From Phoronis australis (lineage: Eukaryota; Animalia; Phoronida): a stretch of 64,000 nucleotides of DNA. Both the position numbers and the translations under genes were made by a program. Positions 13,331 through 24,300 of this stretch are shown piece after piece. The stretch spans positions 1 through 64,000 of the forward strand of contig NMRA01000556.1 of the NCBI GenBank assembly GCA_002633005.1, given 5' to 3'. The notes beneath the pieces are model-generated. The model worked only from the letters and a program-made list of their open reading frames with translations, was not told where the DNA came from and made no database searches. Position 1 is the stretch's first letter. Each line of letters opens with the position of its first letter.

Positions 13331-14405
13331 TTAATATACAGTTTCGAGAAAAAATAAAGCGAAAGTTGTCTCCGTTATCCCTTGCCAGACAGGGGCATCT
13401 GGAAAAATTCGCACATTTGACTTATTGAATTTAAAAAGCCAGAAAATTAGTGTGCTCCGCAAAAACTTCACTTTACAAATTTTCTTGATTTTTTGAATGA
13501 TATGTATGATTGATTTCATGCACGTTTTTAAGTACTTTTAAAGGATCTGTGCTGCCAGCGGAGAATCTAACGACAATGTCCTGCCCAGGGTCCTCAAAAG
13601 GCAAACCATGCACTGCTGCAGAGTTGTTAAACGTTCTCTTGGATTTTCTCTCATCCGTATTTCGCAGTCTTTCATTTCTCGNNNNNNNNNNNNNNNNNNN
13701 NNNNNNNNNNNNNNNNNNNNNNNNNNNNNNNNNNNNNNNNNNNNNNNNNNNNNNNNNNNNNNNNNNNNNNNNNNNNNNNNNNNNNNNNNNNNNNNNNNNN
13801 NNNNNNNNNNNNNNNNNNNNNNNNNNNNNNNNNNNNNNNNNNNNNNNNNNNNNNNNNNNNNNNNNNNNNNNNNNNNNNNNNNNNNNNNNNNNNNNNNNNN
13901 NNNNNNNNNNNNNNNNNNNNNNNNNNNNNNNNNNNNNNNNNNNNGGGTCGGAGGTCGTGACCTTTTAAGAAAAGCCGGGCTATTTTTGTCAAATAATGCT
14001 TTTACTCAAAACCAATTGAAAACTTAAATATAATAGAAATAAACTGAATTTATAAATTAAGGTTTACCAACTATTATAGCATAAAACACGTTTTTTTTTC
14101 ACGCTAAGCTTCGACCGGGAAATTATCGTCTGCTACAGTAGGTTACCACTGGTAACTGAATATAATTCTCAAGCCAAAGATCCTGACGACACGATACCCG
14201 CATTCAAACTGGAGATCGGTGATTTACAAGCAAGAGGACATGAGAGAAATATTTCATTGAATTAAGATATCATTTTTATGGAAATTATGTGTCTTATTTT
14301 TCGTAGTGTATACGTACAGTACAATGTGGTTTGTTGAACGTGCGATTATTGCGCGTGCTCATTTAAGTATTCTATTTTTATTTTTCACTCTTGATGACGT
14401 CAGCC

Positions 14406-14478
14406 GCTGCGTGGTGTAGCGGTTAAGGTCGGCGACCAGTAAACTCAACGTCCCGGCTTCGACTCCGTCCTCGGTTTC
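14406..14478 (+). mobile_element. tRNA-derived SINE head
   Basis: A box TGGTGTAGCGG and degenerate B box GCTTCGACTCC; no intact cloverleaf. Confidence 0.5.
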
Positions 14479-15139
14479 ACGCCAAATCGATATCTCACTA
14501 GTGAGATAACTTTATGGGTTATTACACGGTTGTATCTGCCATTTGACGCCAATATTGTGGTATAAAACACAATATGAACTTATTTTTGAGTACTGACTTG
14601 GGTTGTCATGGTCCCTGCACGAACATCCTCTCAAATCTCCCTTCAATCCACACACACATCGCATGACGTGCACTTTACATGACGCACACGACACATGACG
14701 CACACGACACATGAGGCATACGTCACATGAAGCACACGTCAAATATTTATAAATACCTGTCATAATATGTTCATTGATTATTCAATTATACAATTTACAA
14801 AAGTATATACGCAATATTTCCTTGATGTACAAGACACAAAGAGACAATTCAGTTTAACTTGAAAAACAAATTTTAAACATCTTTGCAAATAGTCTTGGCT
14901 AAGACCAGGTAAACAATCCTACAATTATAACACAGTGGAGAAGTTTATACTGTTATTGAACAACTTGCCCCTTAATTGAGTTGTAGAATGGAAAAGTGCA
15001 TTTGGTCTTCATAGATTCTAAATTTCAACACAGAAAAATTGCAATATTTCACAGAACAATAGTTGTTTACCAGTTTGCACATGAATCATTGAATTCAGTA
15101 AATAACTCTATTTCAAACAACTACTGGGCTTTAGGTGAT

Positions 15140-15235
15140 TGTGTGGGGCTTAGTGGGATAAGTATCCGCTTCCTTTACTCAAAGTTGTGGGTTCGAGTCC
15201 CACTGGGACACACTGCTTGACCCTCCAGTCAGGTT
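15140..15235 (+). mobile_element. tRNA-derived SINE head just downstream of the OGG1 stop (antisense to OGG1)
   Basis: A box-like GGGGCTTAGTGG and B box GGTTCGAGTCC. Confidence 0.45.
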
Positions 15236-15336
15236 TGTAGCTCCTCAGCACAATTTTAACTATATTGTAAAATGGTCCCTGAACGGCCCTGTGCACATCT
15301 GGTATAACATGAACCAGATCACCAGCAATTGTAATT

Positions 15337-15390
15337 TTAACTACTGGACTTCCTGTCTTGAAACTTCTTCAAGTCGGCACTGAAGAGGAC
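15337..15390 (-). CDS. OGG1: OGG1 last coding exon (VLFSADLKKFQDRKSSS*)
   Basis: Acceptor TTTTCCAG|GTC; VLFSADL is the conserved alpha-OGG1 C-terminal helix; TAA stop. Confidence 0.92.
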   Translation of the reverse strand, partial: VLFSADLKKFQDRKSSS

Positions 15391-18300
15391 CTGGAAAACC
15401 AAAATGGGGAAAACGCTTAAAGCCATGTTGTGATTGATGATCTGTTTGCAGATAGAAATTCTGAGCTGTTTCCAGGGTGAAGGGATGATTCAACCACACA
15501 AACTCAAAATGGAATAAATCTTGTGGTCGGATCTCCAAATCGAATGACAGGGTGTTGAAACACAAATCTACCCAATAGTTCCTTGTTCTAAGTTCCAATT
15601 ACAGTACAGATAAGTAAGATCTATATCCACACACCTGTCAGTAAGATTTTACTGACAGGTGTGTGGATATAGCCAAATATCTAGTAAAGAAGCCTGAATT
15701 TGATTTTTGACTATTTGCCAATATGTAATCAATTGAGTCACATGACTATTTACAAATATGTTATCAATTGAGTCACATGACTATTTACCCATTAGTAATC
15801 AATTGGGTCGCATGACTATTTACCAATATGTTATTAATTGGGTCACATGACATGTCTTTTTAGTAAAATTTAGCAAAAATGAAAGGTATATGGATAGCAA
15901 AACAATAGTATCAGTAACATATCAAAGTTCATAGAAATTTTCAAGGTGAGATCTCGAAAATGCCATTACAGTTTTCTAAAATGTCGTTTCACTTTCGTTT
16001 TATTATATTTTTTATTTCTTTTTCATGAAAATCATAAAAGTCCTATTTTTGATAGCCCCTCAAGCAAAAGAGAACATTTTGAAAACAATCTCTAACAGCA
16101 TTCTGAGGAACAATGTATAAAACATAGTATCTCAAACTTTCATAAATTATGAATACGATCAGCTGTTTCTGATATGATGATCCAAGTTAGCCAACTTTTA
16201 ACATTTTCTATGGTCCTTCATAATCTTAGAAGCCCGGGTTTCGTCCAAAGAGTGAACTTTTGATTTAAACCACCATGTTGTTTTATGACACCTACTCAGT
16301 AGTATTAGACATTCGAGTTCTTGAGGTAAAATTCGACAACATAAAATTTCACTTGTTGGCCCTATTGGGTGCTAAATAAGCAACGAATTATGATAATGAT
16401 TCACCACAAGTGGTGTGCTTCTATGGTAGTTAATTAGTGACATAAAGATGGCCACCTGATAGACAGTGCAGAATATGTCAAACCAGTTCTCAGTAGTCGG
16501 ACAGGCCCAAAAACTAAGATTCAGTCGTGCTATTGTCTGTAGGAACATATCTGCCAATTTTCATGATCCCCTGAGCAGTTTTTGCACGTACAGAAGACGA
16601 CAAAAATAATGAATATGGCCAACAGGTGATGCACAATATATCAAACCTGTCTGAAAATAGAAAGGTGCCATTGTCTGTATAATAGAACCCTATTTTCCAA
16701 CTATACGAAAAAAACGTCAAGGAATTCTGAAGACACAGAGGGTAACATAAAAATAATAAATTGCCACTAGTGTGCACATCCGTTAAAAAGTTGTGGTCAC
16801 CTGTTATCATATTCATAGGAAAAAATTGCCAAATCTCACAAAGATCCCATCTCAGATGTCAGACCTGTCTGACAATATCAGCAACAACGCATTTCCCAAT
16901 CTTCATAATAATCCTTCGAGTGATTTGGCGAATAGAGAGGCGGACACCAAAATGGACACTGGCACAGTTTGAAATTGAAAAGGCGTCATCAGCTCTTTAA
17001 TAAAAGTCCAAATTTCATAACAATCCATCAAGAAACTCCAAAGAACCAGATGGAAGCATAAAAATTAAAATTACCACTAGGGGACACAGAGGTAGTCAAA
17101 TTGGTTTGAAACTCATTATCCGTTGCAAGCCTTATAGAAACACGTCTGCCAAATCACAGTAAAATCTTACAAGGAGTGCAGGAGACACATCACCAGACGG
17201 TGGATGTACAGAGAGATATGACGGCAAAACACATCAACATGGTGAGTGGATAAAAATTGCTCTTTGATTATTTACCAAATGCTTTACATAGATGCCCACA
17301 ACTCTTCAAAACAATGTCTAACAGTGGCTGCCGTACACAGCTTGAACATGGAAAGGCATTTAATTTGGGGCTGAATATCCTTCATGGAAAACTGAGAAAA
17401 CAAAATTTCAGTTGTCCGCCATATTGTGTCCTGAACCGATGAGATTTTACCATAAGCAGCTTTACTATCATGTCTGTCACCAGTCATAAGTCAGTGCCCA
17501 CTAAAATGTTTGACCACAAAGCCTGCAGCAGTAATACTGTATGTTCACAAAATAAAAAGAAATGACCTAATGCTTTATAACATGTGGAGTGGGTGATTAA
17601 TAATCCACAGGATCTGTGATATCTTCTGATCTACTGAGCCACCTATCTACGGGTTGTATCAAATCATCTCTTGAATACAATAAACCAAAGGTGTTGAGTC
17701 TTCGGGTGATTAGCATTCTGAAATGCATTAAAACTACTGGCCATGACGAATCTTCCTGTCAAAAAGAAAACATTGGATTGAACACACCTTTTGACTATCG
17801 GACATTTGGATTATCATAGCATCACTTACTGAATGAGCCCAACCTGCATACTCGCCCCATAGCTCACGGAAGTAGTCTCCTGGAAAGAAGGTAAGGAAAT
17901 GAGTAATATCATGGGTAAACTTGAAATTATAGACGAAACAGGTCACCAAGTTTTGATCACCCCCCGCATGGATTTGATCCTGGAACCCCCCACGATTGAT
18001 GCTTAGTGCTCTGCAGGTGGGACTTAATCGCAATCCATAATTGGCACAGTATATATTTAGCTAGTAGTCACTGGCCTTGATGACAGTGGATGTCTTGCAA
18101 ACAAAGGCCATAATTGGCACAGTATATATTTAGCTAGTAGTCACTGGCTTTGATTTCAGTAAAAATCTTGCAAACAACAAACTTGGCCATTTGAGATATA
18201 ATCACTAAAATGCAATCATGTGGAGAAATTCTTGCTTACACTGGTTACCACTAACAGTCCCTAAGCCCCAGAAAACTTTTACCACCTCTATTCATCACGC

Positions 18301-21300
18301 CCTGTGTACTGATGTAGATCTGAGCTAATGAAATGGAAGGTAATAACTAGCACTACTTTCTTAACAATGGTGGTTCTTATTACACCCAAATTTGCACAGA
18401 GTTAAAGCCTGCAATATGGAGAGCACTCAGAGCAGTTTTAAGTTGGTACGTTGGTATGTAGTAGCCCTTGGCCTTGGAGGAGGTATTAAGTCTGCATAGT
18501 AGCTTAGAATTTTTGGATAGTTGAACATCATGTGTGTTGATGAGTGTGGTTCACACACAACAGGCCTTTGGGAATTGACATACAAATCAGTGAATGTAGT
18601 TTCCTTAGCCATAGGACTGACCCAGCTGACCTGACCCAGCTGACCTGACCCAGCTGACCTGACCCAGCTGACCTGACCCAGCTGACCTGACCCAGCTGAC
18701 CTGACCCAGCTGACCTATGTAAGTAAACACAGCTTAACAAAAAGTTTATGGTCCTAGGTGAGAAGACGATTGTTTCATTAATCCCTGCGGCCAAGCAAGG
18801 GGGGGTATGTAATATATCAGGGAGCATGATAGAATCATCAAATAATGGCACAAACCATAATCAAGTTTGGGTGCATTAAGCTACGTGAGAAGTACTGAGC
18901 TTCTATGTTCAATTTTGTACTAAGGAGAAAACTTCTTAGACAAGTACTCTTTCATTTTCAAACACGTATTGCATTGCTGCAAATGTACAATAACCTTCAT
19001 GTTTCTTAAATGAGAAAGTTGACAAAATAAAACAATAGTTTCCACCACATTGTGTTGTAAATTGATGAGTTATTACGACATTTATCATAACTAAGCACAG
19101 TCTTTAGTCCCAAGCAACACCATCTTTGAAAACTACAGTTTGGGTTGACGTTTAAGGGTCGAGCACTCCGCTTGCATTCTTTAAGATGATGACTCAGCAT
19201 TCCTAATAACTCATGATAAGAGAATGGACAGAAAGCAGTTCATTGTCCTCTTCAACAGCAATATTTACCATTGCTGCATTGATTAGTGTGAAATTACAGA
19301 CATCAGCTCGACCTAACTCCGCAGCGCAGTGGGACTCTAAATCCAAAAAATTCTCATGTTCAGTGTACTAGTACCTTTACTGTATCATTTATGACCCCAA
19401 ACAAATTGCCCCTTTGCTCAATAATCTCGCCAAACATCGATAAGACCATATCCAGCCAAGGTATCCATATACAAAGTAGTTCCATGGAGTCCCCAGTAAG
19501 TCTTAGAAGCATGGTATATAACTGTCATGTGTTTTGTGATCCAGACCAATAGGGGGCACCAAGACTAGACAACAGTCGAGGAAGATCCTATCGGATGTTC
19601 CCCGCTGCTAGTGCCTGGAACAGCAACTGATCAGAACAAAAAAACAGTAGTAATGGATTAAAAAAGGCACACACCGATTTCCTTGTACACGGATGCTGTC
19701 AGCGTCTTATTCTGCTGCGTGCCAGATAGCCTGTAGTCCCTCTTGGCAATTTGCCAGACATGTGTGTCGACGGGTATCGCCCCTGGCTTGTCTAGTGACA
19801 TCAGACATACACAGTCCGCTACCTGAAGTGACAAGACACGTGTCAATCTAGGAAGTAGTTCACAATCCATGACACGACAGTGGTTGAACCGACAGTAACA
19901 CCGTGTTACAACAAAGAAACTAAACTCTTGATTCAGATCACTTCCTGCAACAAATTGGCCCCAATTTGTTGCTGCTTACTCAAATGAAAAATGATCTTTG
20001 ACCCTGCAAAGCAGTGGCAGTATGTTGCTGCTCATTATACTGATCTTCAGGAACATAATGACATCTTGTGACAAGTCAAATTGTAGAATCCGACTCGTCT
20101 CAAGCAAATCCATAATTTGACAATGCAAGTACAACTGATGTGCACAAATTTTGGGATTGCCAACCATTTTGATCATGCAAGTTGTCGTAAGCTGCTCTTG
20201 AATTAGGGTGTGCAGGCATTTTGAGAAGTTTGAACCAATGCATGTTCACAGCAACATAGTACTTAGTAAATAACGGCAACCGCCGACATTCGCTCAGTGC
20301 GGCGTCCTTTGAACATGAATTAGCTACAAACACAAGCTAAACAAATTTAACACGCACTTTTTCTAACCAGTTGTATTTTTGTAAGCCCCATATTTCGGCT
20401 CCATAACACAAGGTTGGGTAAACACTTTTATCAAATATCTCAAAAGCCACATGTACTTGAAAAATGGTCAAGCTTCTTCGTAGCTTGTCGAGTGTAATGG
20501 CGACCTTCATGGCTTGGGCTGACAGGGTCTGAGTAGCCATAGTCCACAACAACTTTGACATGAACACAACACCAAGATATGTTGTTACTTGAAACCACTT
20601 CACGATCATTTAAATTGCACGCACGCACATTATCAAGGCAGTGAATACTTCCTTCATGTAAGACATCCATGAAAGAGTCCTCAATCATTTGAAATGAATA
20701 GTTTCAATTTTCACAAGTCAATCAAACAACGTTATGACAAAGCCTCCTCAAGTGTGAATGTTCATTGTAGCAAAGTTCACTGTTCAAAATCAACAGTTAA
20801 TATTAGGAAATGTGCAATTTTGTGGCGGTTTAACAAGAGGAATAGGAAATTTTCCTCAAAGTTATGACTGTTAAAGCTCATAAACATACCTTAGCCCCGA
20901 CACCACACAGTTTGATGAGTTCAGCGTGTGCTTCCTTATACGGCCTTTGACGCAGTGAGTGCAACCAGGCCTCACTGTGGTGATTCACGATATACAGTGC
21001 CGTCTGGTGGATGTATTTGGCTCTGTAGGGAAAGGAAATTACAATACTTAGCCACGCTTGCAAAAAAAATAATGGGGTGAAACTACACTGGCTGTGTGAT
21101 ACAATGAAACTACACTGGCTGTGTGATACAATGAAACTACACTGGCTGTGTGATACAATGAAACTACACTGGCTGCGTGATACAATGACACTCCTTATGA
21201 AAAATTTGGTCAAATGTTCTCACATAACTATTTCTCAAAAATAATCCAATCTGAGTCACCAAATACTAAAGTTGCGAAGTGTCTGAGAATATAAATCAAT

Positions 21301-24300
21301 ATCATGCTAGTCAGTCAATTATTTTAGGCTAGCTAAAACTCATTCAGCAGTTACCTTAAGTTTTAAGTCACTTTCATGAAAGCGTCGTATTCAATATCTG
21401 GCGTCAATATTAGAAAAGGTTTGGAATCATAGGCATTTGGGCCCAGGTACAAGACATTAAGCTCCTATGATGTATACATACCATAGACAGTGACATTAAG
21501 CCCCTACGATGTACACATACCATACACAGTGACATTAAGCCCCTATGATATACACATACCATACACAATGACATTAAGCCCCTACGATGTATACATACCA
21601 TAAACAATGACATTAAGCCCCTACGATGTATACATACCATACACAATGACATTAAGCCCCTATGATGTATACATACCATACACAGTGACATTAAACCCCT
21701 ACGATGTATACATACCATACACAATGAATTCTGCATTCACTATTTTGGTACAAGTCTAGCTGATCACTAGAGTCAACTTTACAAGCCTTTTTAAAAAGGT
21801 GGCGCATTCTGGTCAAATGGGATTTTAATGTTGTGTTGCAATTGAGTAAAACTATTTTTATGTTCCAGGGATATTTCCTTGTTTTTCTCAAACTACAATA
21901 CAAAATATCCGGTAAGTCATTTCTACATTTCACCTTCAAAAATCAAGGTTAAGCACAAAAAGTGTTTTTAACAGTTTGCGGTTAAGTTTTGTCTTCAAGA
22001 CAGTTGACTTTGGCTATTTCAGTGGGTTAGAATTGTTCTCCAGAATAGAAAATCAGTATTTAGGCGTCCAAATGGACACACTGACTCAAATTTAGACACC
22101 TTGGCTAAGATGCCCTCTTCAGCACTTGACATCCATTGAAATAAATATGCAAGTGAGTAAATATAATTGTCTCTTAACTTCCCTGGGAGCTTATTGGCAA
22201 GACTAGAATAAAAAAATGGTTTAGAAATGACGAAAGATACAAAAAACTTTATTGCAAAATCATGACCCCAAACTTCTAATAAACTGAATGGTGAAAACTG
22301 TTATGCTACAAAAACTGAACTAAACTGGGTAAAACCAGATGAAAAATTTGCTAGCAAAATTCTTACAAAATTTTTCCAATGTCTGATACATTACCTGTAT
22401 CCAAACCCAAGCTGCCTCAACCTGTCCTCGACTCCATCTGCAGATAGGGCCTCAACTGTTGGAAATGCATGGAACACCTGCCCATCCTGATCAAGTAACC
22501 TCTCACCATAAGACTGGCAAAGTTTCTCGACCATACCGCTGATACGCGATATGTGATTGTTGGACGAGCATATGAATGAAAACAAGTTCTCTATGGGGTC
22601 TTGTCTGAGCATTCTGACACCCGTAAAGTCAGAGGCGACCGTTTTGAAGTGAGGGTCAACAGTGCTCCACTGACGGTACAATGAGTGAAGGCAGACATCT
22701 AGCTGAAAATAGTCTCGCAATATCGTCTCATAAACTGATGTGTTATCTAAAGCTTCACATTTCAATTCTTGTTTTGAGACTTTAACACCTGCGTCTGATG
22801 TCGGTAGCTTAAATTTGCTACGTCGTTTCCTATTGGATATTTTTGTGGGCACCTTGTCGGAAGCCGAGTCTTGCTGAAGTGTGCTCTCGCACAGTTCTGG
22901 AAGCATTTCTGGTTGAATAAGAGCTTGTTTTGCGATTACGTGATCACCAGTGACATCAGGTTCGAAGACTTGATAGAATATATGCGTGTCGTTTTGCTTA
23001 AGTTTCCAAAGTCTCCTTGCCAGAACACTGGTCCACACTCCAGGTGAAGCTTCCTTCCACCTGAAATAAAAAATAACATCTTCAAGGGGGAAACTGGAAA
23101 CGCACAAAAGTTTGGTAAACTTTTGAGCATTTTTATCAATGTATTCCCTTTTTGAAAAAATAACACACATTTTAAATGTTATCCCACATACATAGGCATA
23201 CTACAGCTATATCCTATCGAGAATTCATTTCATCTGAGAATGTCCCAACGAGACCGAAGGTCGAGTTGGGTCATTCCTAGATGAAATGAATTCGAGATAG
23301 GATATCGCAGTAGTATTCCTATGTATTTGGTACAACCTATTTATCCCATATATTTAGACTTATTTGCATCACTGTGCCAATACATAGTTGCCGTGTACTC
23401 CATTTTGTTGTTACCTGACGTCGTATGTATGCCAAGTACAGTACCCATTGGGAACACTGCCCAAGCCGGTTAAGCGTTCAGACAATCTATGAAAGCGTTG
23501 AATAACCAGTAAAGTTTTATTTCACAATAAATTGACTAAAATTTTCAGTTTGTGAAATATACAAGTTAAAGCACTGAACCATTCAATAATAGATCAAAAG
23601 TTATTAGGAAACTTAGAAACAATCGATCCGGGAATATAGAAATTAAAACATTCCCTGAACCGAGTTGTGCAGCAACGTGTCGTTTTAGCTTTGATGAATT
23701 TCTTACTTTTCTTGGTCTATTTTCGTGTCTTAGCTTATGGACTGTAAATAGTTATAGAAATTAACATTTCCCCGTGTCGATCACAGCATTGGAACATAAC
23801 TGTGGAAACTGTGCCGACTGGCAGAACGTGATGTAAGGACTGTATCGCATCAAGCAGATTTTACGCTACCACCGGCAGCGATGGAGAGTACGTTGAACAC
23901 TGCGAGCAGATGATTGTCTCAGTAAAGAACACATACTCGTTATTAGGTCTTATGGTATATGGATTGGCTCTACTTTCCCATATTTCATAGTTCACAAAGT
24001 GACATATACAACATCCATATTGTCACATATACTGGGGAGCCCAATGTTCGTCCGCCTAAGCATAAAACCGACTTGCTGTTGTACTCACCGAATTATTCCA
24101 CTTCAAAGTTATGATCTGAATAGGATTCGATTTAACTCTCACAGATATACCGCATTCATCGATTCGGAAGTTTTCTTTAATTTGTGCCGAGTTATTTCAA
24201 ATGTGCACTGCCTTCGGCAGCCATTTTATTNNNNNNNNNNNNNNNNNNNNNNNNNNNNNNNNNNNNNNNNNNNNNNNNNNNNNNNNNNNNNNNNNNNNNN

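Noticed and set aside
21453-21728. Regular 39-bp array resembling a CRISPR or a repeat-protein ORF
   Set aside because: Head-to-tail units with no unique spacers and no cas genes, in a eukaryotic intron.
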